A stretch of DNA of 63,800 bases, the filler included, from Collodictyon triciliatum (Eukaryota), in assembly GCA_043381765.1 (NCBI GenBank). It is 50 parts of 50 records of this genome, joined end to end, with 100 filler letters (N's around TTAATTAATTAA, not from the genome) between each part and the next. Parts side by side here need not be neighbours in the genome. Positions count along the whole stretch, not along the records: positions 14,111 to 15,292 come from JBHJMP010011948.1; positions 15,393 to 16,577 come from JBHJMP010011949.1; positions 16,678 to 17,860 come from JBHJMP010011950.1; positions 17,961 to 19,141 come from JBHJMP010011951.1; positions 19,242 to 20,422 come from JBHJMP010011952.1; positions 20,523 to 21,702 come from JBHJMP010011953.1; positions 21,803 to 22,981 come from JBHJMP010011954.1; positions 23,082 to 24,260 come from JBHJMP010011955.1; 42 more parts are not named here. The stretch is one strand, 5' to 3'. Under the pieces are notes generated by a model that was not told the DNA's origin, did not search any database, and worked only from the letters and a program-made list of their open reading frames with translations. The position numbers and the translations under genes are program-made. This document shows positions 14,111 through 27,021 of this stretch, in pieces. Positions within the stretch are counted from its first letter, which is position 1. The number at the start of each line of letters is the position of its first letter.

Positions 14111-15142
14111 TTATTCATTCCATTGTTCACGGTAAGCCCGAAGATAGGGATGAAACAGAGTTTGCCCCTGAGGTAAATTCCTAGATCATGCGCATTTATA
14201 TTTGTAGATGTAGTAACCGCTTATCAACACCTGTTCTAAATGCAGCCTTACTTATAACTTAGTTGCTATCCATAGCATCACAACACTCGCGCCAAAAAGG
14301 AACCACTTTTGCTGTAATCTGGGAAGTTATCAAACAACTATGCCAGGACCCAGTGCCTTCTGTATCTCAAGCTGCCAGTACTATCGTTATTGAAGTAGGT
14401 GTATCACTTATGTCATTTTTTTCTTTATTTATTTTCGTAAGGAACAGTTTTCATTATGATTCATTTTCATCTGGCAATTAAATGGGAATGGGATGGAAAT
14501 GGAAATGGAAATGGAAATGGAAATGGAAATGAAAATGAAAATGAAAATGAAAATGAAAATGAAAATGAAAATGAAAATGAAAATGAAAATGAAAATTTTC
14601 TACAGGTGTCCAAGATATTCCCACAGGTTAAGATGCCTGAAAGAGCGCAGTCTTCAATGCCTCCGCAAACGAAAGGAGGAAAGCCGTTGACAGCCCAACA
14701 AGGAGGCCGGTCGATGTCGATTGGGACAGACAAGTCACCAGCCGTTCGAGTGAAGCCAGAGATAGGAAACCTTCGAAAAAACTTATCTAATATTTCTACA
14801 TCGCCGGTGAGGACACGTCTTTGACTGGCTGATAGAGCTATTTGAATTGTTTTTCGCATAATCCTCCTGAATGATGATACTTCCTCACCTTTTTAGCTGT
14901 TTTTGCCACTCCAATTTTTCTTTCAGCATTCTTTCATATTCTCCAAAATAAGAAACCCCTTTAATACAGAAGGATGACTCATCCGTAATGAAGAAAGTTT
15001 CAAGTTCGCACTTGGTTGCATCACAAGCACATTATATCGAGCAGACAGAGGCTAGCCAGAATCTTTCAGAAGTCAGCTTTACGCTTCAACAGAGCACATT
15101 CCATGACCAAAGCTGCAAAATATTTTCTTTTGCAAACTCTAT
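14111..15142 (+). CDS. RPTOR: Raptor/KOG1-like protein, internal exons (HEAT to WD40 linker region)
   Basis: Exon with FAVIWEVIKQLCQDPVPSVSQAA (cf. IWxxLLxLxxDPxPEV), an S/P-rich linker exon, then LQQSTFHDQSCKIFS (cf. S-x-F-x-D-W-S-C-x-x-F). GT..AG introns. Confidence 0.55.
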
Positions 15143-15851
15143 GTATGAATGGCCCTTACATACAAGAAATGATTACAATAACCTTACTTATGATTTCTAA
15201 TATATATGTTTTGGAGGCATAGTTAGATAAATTATGGGGTAATTAGGAATAATTAATACATCGAAAATAATACTGAGTAAATAACATGTGAANNNNNNNN
15301 NNNNNNNNNNNNNNNNNNNNNNNNNNNNNNNNNNNNTTAATTAATTAANNNNNNNNNNNNNNNNNNNNNNNNNNNNNNNNNNNNNNNNNNNNAAAAAAAG
15401 AGAATAAAAAAAAGAGAATAAAAAAAAAAGAGAATAAAAAAAAGAGAATAAAAAAAAAGAGAATAAAAAAAAAGAGAATAAAAAAAAAAGAGAATAAAAA
15501 AAAAGAGAATAAAAAAAAAGAGAATAAAAATGAAAATGAATAGGCTGGTACACAGCTTCTATCTTCACTACCATCCGCCCACCATCATTTTCATGCACAA
15601 AAGGATCACGACCACAATCCGCCGTACTTAAGGGCGGGATCGCGTTGCATGTACTGAAGCAATGTCTTTAGTATTTACATTCCCCCGTCTTTCCGCTCTT
15701 TCCGCCATTTCCCTCTTTTAACTCTTTTCTTTCTTCCCCTTGGTCGGCCGATAGATCGCAAGTTTCTTTCATACGTTTGCCCCAAGGCTTCGGCCTTGTT
15801 CTATCATCTCGCGCCTTCACCCGAGCCGTGACCCCAAATACTCAAGTTTCC

Positions 15852-16419
15852 ATGACAACACACAACAGCGCCACAAAGCCTCCAATAAAAGGCCCAGGAG
15901 ACTCGCTGCAGATGCGTCGACCAGTCCTTGAAGAGATCGAGGATATCTCTATAGGCAACTTGAGGAGTGCCAAGAAGCCGGACACGCGAGCGTCGCTTTT
16001 ACCTTCCCCAACTATGTTTGACGGAAAAGAAAACAAGTGGACAGCGGTGCTGGGCAAAAGAGTTTTGAGGGTTTTTATGTCATCCACTTTTCGGGACATG
16101 CAAAGAGAGAGGGATGAGTTTTTCAAGAACGCAGAGAAGAAGTAAGTAGAAACTCCGCAGGCACAGATATTTTTAAAAGCAAAGACTCACACACGTTACT
16201 TGGATGACTGCACATAAAAAGTTGTCAGTTTATTAAAAAAAAACTCATTATTCTATGTATAATCTACACTTGAATGAATCTTTATCATATATCAATCAGT
16301 TAATTTTTAATATAACTCCGATGACCAGATTGAAAGATTATGCTGGTAGAAAGGGTGTCATCCTCGTTTTCATTGACCTTCGTTGGGGGTTAACGAACGA
16401 GATATCTGAAAATGGACGC
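15852..16419 (+). CDS. DUF4062-domain protein, first two exons (15852-16141, 16329-16419)
   Basis: VLRVFMSSTFRDMQRERDEFF ... VILVFIDLRWGLT, the DUF4062 signature seen in TEP1/NPHP3/NWD-type NTPases. GTAAGT donor at 16142, CAG acceptor ending at 16328. Confidence 0.85.
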
Positions 16420-16677
16420 GTAATTCTCATACAATACCTTGAAACACACATAACAGTTTCTTCGCACACGTAAAAAGCAAAAAAGTAAAAAAAGTAAAAA
16501 AAGTAAAAAAAGTAAAAAAAGTAAAAAAAGTAAAAAAAGTAAAAAAAGTAAAAAAAGTAAAAAAAGTAAAAAAAGTANNNNNNNNNNNNNNNNNNNNNNN
16601 NNNNNNNNNNNNNNNNNNNNNTTAATTAATTAANNNNNNNNNNNNNNNNNNNNNNNNNNNNNNNNNNNNNNNNNNNN

Positions 16678-16720
<43 letters not shown>

Positions 16721-17048
16721 AAAAAACAAAAAACAAAAAACAAAAAACAAAAAACAAAAAACAAAAAACAAAAAACAAAAAACAAAAAACAAAAAACAAA
16801 AAAACGAAAAACAAAAAACGAAAAACAAAAAACAAAAAACAAAAAACAAAAAAACAAAATAACAAAAAAACAAAAAACAAAAAACAAAAAATAAAAAACA
16901 AAAAATAAAAAACAAAAAATAAAAAACAAAAAACAAAGAACAAAAAACAAAAAACAAAAAAAACAAAAAAAACAAAAAAAACAAAAACCATCTTCGATCC
17001 TTTCAGTTCTCATGTTTGTATGCAGAGTTTTTCCTTTTGGCAAGTCAG

Positions 17049-17728
17049 ATGGCAGACAACTCCTTCGGAATACAACTTAGAGTAGACATCGCCGGATCAC
17101 ATGTCGAATACGACTCAAACGGAGTCCCCTTCACGGTATATATATAAACTCGTTTTTTTTTATCCTGCCTACTCTTTCTTCACGTCTCCGTCTTCCAATG
17201 TTCAACCAACTCTTTGTCATTCATCATCTAAATCTTTTCTGGTTTCTTCCCTTCCCTCACATCCCCACGTTCTTCATCCCTCCTGCTTCCCTTCCACCTG
17301 CATTGCGATAAAAGCAATACCGAATCCGAATCATCCAGCACGAACTGAATCCAAAGTTTGTGTATCGGCGGTACCGCGACTTTGAGCATCTTCACGGACA
17401 GGTTTTATTCTCGCCCACTACCAAAACATTTTCACATAATCATCCACCTATTTTGCTTGCGTGTTCGTTAAGACACATGATTTTATTCTCACAAACTTAT
17501 GTTGGACTTTTTCATGATTCTGTTCTCAATCGTCGTAAGCAGTTGCTGAAAGACTCATCCCTCACAAACGTCCCTGCGATTCCTCCCAAAAAATACCTTG
17601 CAAATCTTTCCACAAGCTTTGTAGAAAAGCGGAAACAGAATTTGGAGGAATATCTACAGCGATTGATAGGAATCACCGGAATGGCCCAGCAGGCTGATTT
17701 CGTGGATTTCGTTAATCCAAAGTCTCAG
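17049..17728 (+). CDS. PX (phox homology) domain protein, sorting-nexin-like, 5' exons
   Basis: MADNSFGIQLRVDI..; VYRRYRDFEHLH; VPAIPPKKYLANLSTSFVEKRKQNLEEYLQRL. The RRY and PxxPxK motifs and the later Arg are PX hallmarks. Confidence 0.9.
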
Positions 17729-17768
17729 GTTTATTTCTTTTATACAATTTTTATTTTTATTTTTGTTA

Positions 17769-17860
<92 letters not shown>

Positions 17861-17960
17861 NNNNNNNNNNNNNNNNNNNNNNNNNNNNNNNNNNNNNNNN
17901 NNNNTTAATTAATTAANNNNNNNNNNNNNNNNNNNNNNNNNNNNNNNNNNNNNNNNNNNN

Positions 17961-18450
17961 TTGCAGTGAGCACATCACCCCAATCAAAGTCAACTGGACA
18001 AAGCCTGGGGGAATATGCATGAATGACGCACTCATTGCATTTGAAGAAGAACGGGGGAAAATGGGAAAACGTAAACCTTCTTCGTTGTCATTCATGAGAG
18101 ATGCTATCGTGTTGAGATACGCCCTCAAAGATTCTGACATCCCATCAACTCTCCTCAACGAAGGAGGGAATGATACCCAATGCCAAACCATTAAAACGAA
18201 AAAAACAATTGCCACTGAACAGCCTGCTGAAATACGCCCGCATTCTTCGATACTCAGACCGCAAGTGAAGAGAGATGTGGGAATGTGCCGTAAGATATCT
18301 CCCACAACATATTCTTCCACTGCTACCCACGCAACCAACCAACCAGTTGGGTCGCCCACCTGACTAGCTCGCTATCATTTATTTCTTTCCAGTGCTAGCC
18401 TATCCACAGTAGTGTCTTCTCCTACTCGCGTTTACCCTCTACCATGGCAC
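17961..18450 (+). mobile_element. Dispersed repeat copy 1 with upstream ORF remnant; probable 3' part of a non-LTR retrotransposon
   Basis: 18217-18450 aligns with 34271-34481 and 40264-40495. Preceded by an open intronless frame from the contig start. Confidence 0.6.
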
Positions 18451-20260
18451 TTTTTCATGTCTTACAACGTGAAAAACTTAAAAACACGATTAAATGTATA
18501 ACGTGGCGCTAGTGATAAATAAATATCATAATTATGCCGAATCTATCATATGAGGCTGAAAACAAGGTAAACAGACGTCCTGCTCAGTACAAGTATGCGC
18601 GCCAGAGGACTGGTGCTTGACGAACAATCCTGCTCAAAATAAAATATTGAGCATATGCAAAAGTTTGAATTTATCGGTCGATTATGAAGTATAAGTTGAA
18701 AGAAAGAATATTGTTTCAATAATCTATTTGCTAATATTGTTAACACACATAGAAAAATGCATCACAATCAAAACATCACGGCTACAAATGAATGCAAGGA
18801 TGTTGTGGCAAAGAACCATGAAAATGTTCAATGTCATAGAAAGGTATAAGAACTATTACAAAATGAAAGGCAAAGAGAAGGAGGAGGTATACTTGAGAAG
18901 TGAGAGAATATCAGGCACTAAGCATAGGTATGGACACTTTCTATTTGTTTGTTGATATATTGCATTTCGATCTTTGAGAGTCTCGAATATACTCGCAACC
19001 TCAGCCCCAGATTTCACATCGAACCAAATGTCTATGCGGGTGTTATTGTGTTATGATGCACATGAGTTAAGTGTTTGCGATGAAAGCAACAACAAGAAGA
19101 AAAAAAGTATGAAAAAAAAAAAAAAAGGAAAAAAAAATAGTNNNNNNNNNNNNNNNNNNNNNNNNNNNNNNNNNNNNNNNNNNNNTTAATTAATTAANNN
19201 NNNNNNNNNNNNNNNNNNNNNNNNNNNNNNNNNNNNNNNNNTTTTTTTGTTTTTTTTGTTTTTTTTGTTTTTTTTTGTTTTTTTGGGTGTAGAGACTTAT
19301 AATGTCCTAGTTGAAAAATATGTAAGCAGTCGAAGAGTTAATGTGTGATTATCCAAGAATGGGTCGCTGTGGTGGGTGATATGGAGGCTACATTAGGAAG
19401 AAATTGGGCTTCTTTTTATCCTTGGTTCCTTTCTATTTCCTCTCCGCTCGGAAGTACTGCGCTCTGACCCAGAGCAGGAGAGAATACAGCAACTACCGGA
19501 TATTACGGGCTTCGTTGACTTAATACATTCAACTCACACAGCTGCCAAAATCCTGTTAAGATGTTTTATAATATTTTATACGTGACAAACTTTGAATGCA
19601 TAATCTCTCCACAAACTAAATGCTATGATACACAAGTGCACTCTGCGCTAGGACTGGTACTAACAAATCGAAATGAAACATCGCTCGCTACGAAAAATAA
19701 AAATATTTTTAGAAGACAGTGCCGTAAAATATCATAAGGCAAACAAACTGATGAAAAGGAATATGATCTACTTGGAACGCTCTACACACCGAAAAGAAAA
19801 AGCATACCTTTATAGTTCACAGAAAACGCCACGTTCGATTGCCTCCCCTTTTTGATTTAGCTATTCTGGTTTCACCAAACCCTATTTCGTTGTTGCTTTT
19901 CACGAGCAACTTTCACAATCCCAAAACCACCTTCGTCCTAAAAGGTGGAGTGTAGGTTGATTGCTTAAGTATCCTTTTGCTACACACTCTCACGTTTCTT
20001 GAAATCACGTTTGAAGCCAACTCTCTTGTTTTTTCGATAGGGTTGGCGAAAAAAAGGAATGGGGTTTTCTGTCAATTGAAATTTGCAACGCGATGCCCTT
20101 ATTCTCTTTTAAAATACGATGGCTCCTTATTGCATTATTTCCCCCAAAGAGTGAGTCGTTCCTAAAACCATTTGATTTGGCGTGCTAATGTCAGTATTGT
20201 GATTATATGTGAGGAATCAAAAAATTTTATTCAACACTTTGGATATACAGCTGCCATTAG

Positions 20261-20422
20261 TAGATGTAGATGTAGATGTAGATGTAAATGTAGATGTAGA
20301 TGTAAATGTAGATGTAGATGTAAATGTAGATGTAGATGTAGATGTAGATGTAGATGTAGATGTAGATGTAGATGTAGATGTAGATGTAGATGTAGATGTA
20401 GATGTAGATGTAGATGTAGATG
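20261..20422. repeat. (GATGTA)n microsatellite
   Basis: Direct inspection. Confidence 0.95.
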
Positions 20423-21803
20423 NNNNNNNNNNNNNNNNNNNNNNNNNNNNNNNNNNNNNNNNNNNNTTAATTAATTAANNNNNNNNNNNNNNNNNNNNNN
20501 NNNNNNNNNNNNNNNNNNNNNNATAAAAGAAAGATAAAAGAAAGATAAAAGAAAGATAAAAGAAAGATAAAAGAAAGATAAAAGAAAGATAAAAGAAAGA
20601 TAAAAGAAAGATAAAAGAAAGATAAAAGAAAGACAAAAAAGACAAAAAAGACAAAAAAGACAAAAAAAGACAAAAAAAGACAAAAAAGACAAAAGAAAAT
20701 GTAGCAAAAAGTTAAAAAAAATGAGCCCTCCGACAAATATTTTCATCAAGATTTGCGCATTCCAATTGATCATGATACTCAATATTATTCATCACGCCTC
20801 CCTTTACATGAGCCCAAATCAAGAACCATGCTGGCGAGGAAAGGTATCGTTATACCTTTGGTTATAGGTGATGCGACAAAGCCTGAATCACCCGCTATAT
20901 CAAAGGTATCCAATCACAATTCCAATCCAACAAATTTAATCACTCCCAAAGGGCGAAAAATGTAAACCACAAACTTGAATCTCCCTTCAATTCCAGTAAA
21001 ATCAAAATATTCCACAGCAAAAAGATCTTTCGAAAACACTGTCGCTGCGCTCATCCATGATGTTGTTGTCGTCCATCTATGTCATTTTGACCGCTGTCGT
21101 AACCATAGTCCCTTCTTATATCCTCAGCTTCTCTGTAGGTGCCATGCTTCCTTTTCACCCTCCTCGTGTACAAACTCCTATTTATCACATACAAATCTGC
21201 GTATATTAACGACACTCTTTTCCCCTCATAACATGCCTGGTTTCGGATTCTGGGTGAGGATAGTCTGTAAATGACTTGTCTGAGCAGCTACAAACACAAG
21301 TAATTACCCACATGAATATTCTTGACAAACAGAGCACCTTTTCATATTTTTATTTCACGACGGATAAATATAGTTGGTTCGACTCTAACTAATGTACTTA
21401 CAACTACTTTTAGACCGTCAACAGAATCCAACAGGAGATAAAAACGTCTCTTCGCATTCCTCACGAAATCCTTCGCTCCTTCGAGCTATCTCTTTACACG
21501 ATGAACCTGGACGAAGAAGGCATCCGGTGTGACCAATACAACGCAAGAATCATCAACCTGGGCATAATCGAGGTAGAGACACACAGCTATTTTCTCTTAT
21601 GACCTGCAAATGTCAGGTGGTTCTTGAATTCTTTTGAGATGAGAGCAAAGAAGCCTGATGATGAGCTCACTAACAAATATGCCTAGAAATCCCAATCGTT
21701 CTNNNNNNNNNNNNNNNNNNNNNNNNNNNNNNNNNNNNNNNNNNNNTTAATTAATTAANNNNNNNNNNNNNNNNNNNNNNNNNNNNNNNNNNNNNNNNNN
21801 NNC

Positions 21804-21977
21804 ATCCTCTTCTGCAAGGAGATGAGAGGCGAAGTGCAAAGGAAAAACCCAGACATGACGGCAAAGAAGTTGACCAAAGAGCTCGCTGCGGTTTGGAGAG
21901 AAACTCCCACACCAACGAAGTTAGAGTACAGGACTCGCGCTCTCCAGTGCTTTATCAACAGAAAAGCAAGCAAGTAG
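21804..21977 (+). CDS. HMG-box protein, 3' end
   Basis: ILFCKEMRGEVQRKNPDMTAKKLTKELAAVWRETPTPTKLEY..TAG fits the HMG-box pattern (F..E.R..V...NP.....L.K.L...W......K..Y). Not in the ORF track. Confidence 0.88.
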   Translation: MLFCKEMRGEVQRKNPDMTAKKLTKELAAVWRETPTPTKLEYRTRALQCFINRKASK

Positions 21978-23541
21978 CGCTGCCAGGGAAGATATCACCC
22001 ATCCCACAGCATCCCTTTTTGTGATGCTCCTACTGATTTTTTGATTCCACGGGCCTTACATTCGAGTTCACTTTCTTTTCTATTCTTTTCTTTTATTTTT
22101 ATTTTTACTCTGATTTTCTTATATTGTTTTCTTTGAGCGTCGAATTTTCGGATAAGATTTGCAAACTGTGATGCGTCTTGGCTGTGTGAATGGTAATGCT
22201 ACTCATTTGCACAAGGATGCACTTGCTTTCATACCATCGAACACCGCTGACAAAGGTCTCCCAAAGCAAACATAAAAAAGTATTGACAAGAATCACCACA
22301 GCGAGGCTATAGAGGTGCGATTGAGAGGACTATGAATGACAAACCAAGTCAGTCGAGAAAATGATTTGATTTTTGACAGATGCCGAACGCAGCGCGCTTC
22401 TGGGCCTGTGGTTGAATGAGCAGTTTTAGACTCTGTATCGCTGTCCCTTCTTTTTCCCAAACAGAGGCTTCAGTCAAATTCACAAACACATTGAAATGGT
22501 TTTCTCTGGGCCGAAATGAGTCGTGTGGAGAATCCGATTCGTTTGTTAGGCCGCAAGCGCAGAGTACATTTGTTTTGCTATATATTTTGCAATCCCACCA
22601 CTCTGATGAAAATCAGGGAAAAAAATAAAGGGAGCTGATTGAAGAGTGATTTATTACAATAATGATGAGTGTGATTGCCACATTTTCCCAAATAAAACAA
22701 GTTAATGCCAAAAATCACCCCAGTTTCCTGACTTTGGCTCTTAATACTTGTATTTTTTCTCGACCGCGTTGTATTTCTTTGTTAATCTTTATTTCATTCA
22801 TTCCGTATGAGTGAAGATGTGGTGCAGATAAGGATGCAAGGGTGGGAGAAAAATTATTTGCCGGTCGTCCAACGCTGAGCGACATAGTTACCACCGACAT
22901 TGCCTGCTGAAGTCAGTGTTGAAAAAAGCGATGAAGTTGACTTCTGAGCGGTCGCAAAGAGGGATGTAAGGCCACCAACAGNNNNNNNNNNNNNNNNNNN
23001 NNNNNNNNNNNNNNNNNNNNNNNNNTTAATTAATTAANNNNNNNNNNNNNNNNNNNNNNNNNNNNNNNNNNNNNNNNNNNNAACATGCAGCAACTCCTCC
23101 GCACCAACGCGACTCATGTGGCCACCCCCAGTATTCCCAACCATATGGCAATTCCCAGGTCTTTGGTGACGCCCGGTGACACACGCGCCAAGCACCCGGC
23201 TATTCCCAAGACTTTCGATGCAAGAGGTCGACCTTGGCTGTGGCTAACCCCGAACCGGTGAATTTCCAAGGAAGCACAAGCACACAAGTTCTGCACAAGT
23301 CGTCTTCTCGGAAAAATTCGCTGGCCTTTGCGGGATATTTAACCTCGTCTTGTCGAAATCCTCTCTTCTCTTTTTTTATTCACACAGTACTTTCTGATCT
23401 CCGTGTGCAAAACCCCACCATTCTGACTCGAGTTATTCTGTCCTGTGTGATTGGCAAGTCCACTCATAAAACAAATAAATGATGTGTATTGTATTGACAC
23501 CTAGCCAGTCTACCCATATACAGCCGGAATCCGTCCAGATC

Positions 23542-24260
23542 ATGGGAAATACTTTGTCTGCTGAAGATGCGCTTTTGGAAGAAGTCCGGAAACTCTATAC
23601 AAATGTCTATGGGAGTATATTTGCTGATATTGCCAGTCTGAAACGATCCACAAAACTGAATCTCAGTGAAAAGAAACTGTCATCTGTGCCGCCTGGTGTT
23701 TTTCTGTTGACTGGTCTGAAAGAATTATATCTTTATGACAATCGGCTGTCATCACTACCTGCACAAATATCGTGTTTGACTGGTCTCAGTATACTTTATG
23801 TTCATAACAATCAGCTGTCATCACTACCTGCACAAATATCGTGTTTGACTGGTCTCACATATCTTTCTGTTGATGAAAATCAGCTGTCGTCAATACCTGC
23901 ACAAATATCGTGTTTGACTGGTCTCACAGGACTTAATGTTGGACGCAATAAGCTGTCATCACTACCTGCACAAATATCGTGTTTGACTGGTCTCACATAT
24001 CTTTCTGTTCATGGCAACCCGGTATGTTTTTATTCATATATTGTATTACTATTATGTCTAAAAGAAAATGACTGACAACGATACACACAGATGGAAGACC
24101 TTCCAGCACAGATCACAGCCCTCACAAATCTGAAAAAACTACTCATCGAATGGGAGGGCCGACAAACCATAAAGAGAGCCCCGCGTGGCATCTCAAATCT
24201 CCCCTGCTGGAACAACACAGAGAAACCTTGGTCTGGAATGACACTGAACTTTGCCGACGC
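23542..24260 (+). CDS. Leucine-rich repeat protein (23-aa repeats) with N-myristoylation motif; exons 23542-24021 and 24091 onward
   Basis: MGNTLS start; repeats LTGLxxLxVxxNQLSSLPAQISC; GTATGT donor at 24022, ACTGAC branch-like site, CAG acceptor ending at 24090. Confidence 0.92.
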
Positions 24261-24360
24261 NNNNNNNNNNNNNNNNNNNNNNNNNNNNNNNNNNNNNNNN
24301 NNNNTTAATTAATTAANNNNNNNNNNNNNNNNNNNNNNNNNNNNNNNNNNNNNNNNNNNN

Positions 24361-24456
<96 letters not shown>

Positions 24457-26204
24457 CCAGATTTATAACATTCATGTGTTGGTGCGCTACCACCTTCCAT
24501 CGAGAAAACACGAGGTCATTCCACGTTTTTTTTCGACCCATTTGGGATGTGTAAGAGTCCACTTCATAAACGAGCCCTTGGGTTGCTGCGAAGGTACAAC
24601 TGCTGGGAACTTTTGATTGCCAATTTACAACTGTAACAGACTAGAGGAACATTCAAATGATGAGGCACGTATTAACTGGATGTATTTAGTACCCAAGAAA
24701 AAATGGAGGACATGATTGTGATATCAAATCATGTATGGTATGTGTGCATATCATATAGAATGTACTAGTGAAAAAACTATCAAACTCCGTACATCTTCGT
24801 CAAATCCAAACATTTTTCCGTCCAGAGTAAGTTTGCATTGAGAGAGTGATGCTTCTGACGGCGGATTACTGAAAAAGTATGGAATTCCGTCTCGCCGAAA
24901 ATCAACAAAGAGCCCGAAGGACAACGTATAATTGTCAGGATTTAAGGGAGATTCCAAGAGTCTGGTGTAATTATGATATAATAAAAAAAAATAATTAGAA
25001 TGGCCCCAAATATGAAGTAGAAAAATAAGCATTAAGATAAGAACAATGACATTATAATGAAGGGGGGAAAGGAAGTAAGTCACTAATTAGATTTTTGTGC
25101 GAACATAGGAATCTTCATATCGAATAGGAGCATGAATTCGCGAAATCGAAAAAAAAAATATAACTGACTAGAAATTGAATAGAATTCTTACTCTACAGCA
25201 GAAAGCATGGATCGGTAAGGGTCCACCGAGGATGGAAAAGGAATAAGATTTTGAGGGGGGTATTTTACAGCATCAGAATTGCAAGAGCCATCAGGAAATG
25301 CACTAAATACATGAACGCCGCATTTAAGAAAGCCTGTGTCTAGTGTGGCAAGGCAACTTCAGTCTCATGATGGGAACGTATGTATTCACTATGGATTTTC
25401 TACTTTGAAAACGAAAACGAAAAATATGCCCAATTGATGTTTACGATTCATACGGTATAGCCTCGACATGATGGGTGGGACACAGACGCAATCACTGCCG
25501 CCCCAACAGAATATCCCACCGTCAGGGTCGAAGTCTGATNNNNNNNNNNNNNNNNNNNNNNNNNNNNNNNNNNNNNNNNNNNNTTAATTAATTAANNNNN
25601 NNNNNNNNNNNNNNNNNNNNNNNNNNNNNNNNNNNNNNNAGAAAAGGGCAAAAAGCAACACCTTGCGGCATCGCATCACGGAGCTTAGCATACCTCTTTG
25701 ATTAGGTAGTGTTAGCTACTTGATCGGTTTAAACAACTTTTGATGTCTCGCTCTTGCTCCCATGCACGTATATAGACCGGCACAGCGCATACAGTGCACA
25801 CACAGTGGGTGCGCCTCTCTCATATGTCGACATACGCATTTGGTATCATTCCGCAGTATACGTTTTTTTACTCGTATTCCTTTTCATTTTTTTTTATTGC
25901 TTTATACTTCTCCTTTTTTCCTGTTGCTTTCTTCGCATACACATAACTCATGTGCATCAAACACAATAATACACTCGCATAGACATTTGGTTCGATGTGA
26001 AAGCTGGGGCTGAGGTTGCGATTATATTCGAGACTTTCAAAGAGATCGAAATGCAATATATCAACAAACAAATACAACGAGTCCATTTCTATGCTTAGTG
26101 TCTGGTAATCTCTCACTTCTCACGTATACCTCTTCCTTCTCTTTGCCTTTCATTTTGTATGAGTTCCTTTACCTTTTCATGACATTGAAAATTCTCATGG
26201 TAAT

Positions 26205-26818
26205 ATGCCACAATATCATTCTCGACAGACTGGAGAGCATATGCCGCGCCTTCATCACAACAAAGAGACAACACTACAAAATCAAAACACTTATTCAGCC
26301 ACCCATAGATGGAGGAGTTGGACTCATCACACCCAAAACCGCATGGATGTCACTGACTATGAAGTGGTGGACGGACATGTTCATGCAGCCAAAAGGGTTT
26401 AGGCAAATTGGGATGTGGAAACTCATCACCAAACTATGTGCAGACTTCAAAACACAGTTACAACAAAGAACAATCCCACGACCACATCCAAATACACCCG
26501 AGCCTTTGCTCTCGCGTTGGCAGATTCTGTATAATCACTGCGAAATGACAATACCCCTGAACGAGCCATTGACAGCAGGACAAATATGCTGGTACAACCA
26601 GAAAGGCTTCTGCATCATCAAACAGATTCACGAAGGCAACGCGGCCACCATCAGAGAAATATCATTCAAAGAAGATGGCTCGTACATCACAACGCCAGGC
26701 TCCACTGCATTCCGCACACAAGATGCACAGCCAACCACAGCCGTCCTGAATAACAAAGGAAAATGGCGCTCACGCAGACCAATCTCATACAACATCCCAT
26801 CGCCATTCTTTTTCCGCC
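26205..26818 (+). mobile_element. L1/Tx1-type LINE ORF2 fragment (region after the RT core)
   Basis: ILDRLESICRAFI..KIKTLIQPPIDGGVGLITPKTAWMSLTMKWW resembles the L1/Tx1 post-RT motif (L..P...GGLG......N.AL..KW). Intronless, appears 5'-truncated. Confidence 0.8.
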
Positions 26819-26918
26819 NNNNNNNNNNNNNNNNNNNNNNNNNNNNNNNNNNNNNNNNNNNNTTAATTAATTAANNNNNNNNNNNNNNNNNNNNNNNNNN
26901 NNNNNNNNNNNNNNNNNN

Positions 26919-27021
<103 letters not shown>

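Noticed and set aside
16622-17043. Phe/Cys/Leu-rich membrane-like ORFs (also 7282-7872, 8933-9256, 38354-38620, 52384-52776 and others)
   Set aside because: Translations of microsatellites and poly-A/T tracts.
21371-21390. GGTTCGACTC T-loop/B-box-like motif (tRNA or SINE)
   Set aside because: No cloverleaf or A-box context; no tRNA or rRNA gene could be supported anywhere in the window.
23746-23994. CRISPR-like array (42-bp repeat with 27-bp spacers)
   Set aside because: The period is exactly 69 bp in frame, spacers are mutually homologous, and the whole translates as canonical LRRs in a spliced eukaryotic gene; no cas genes.
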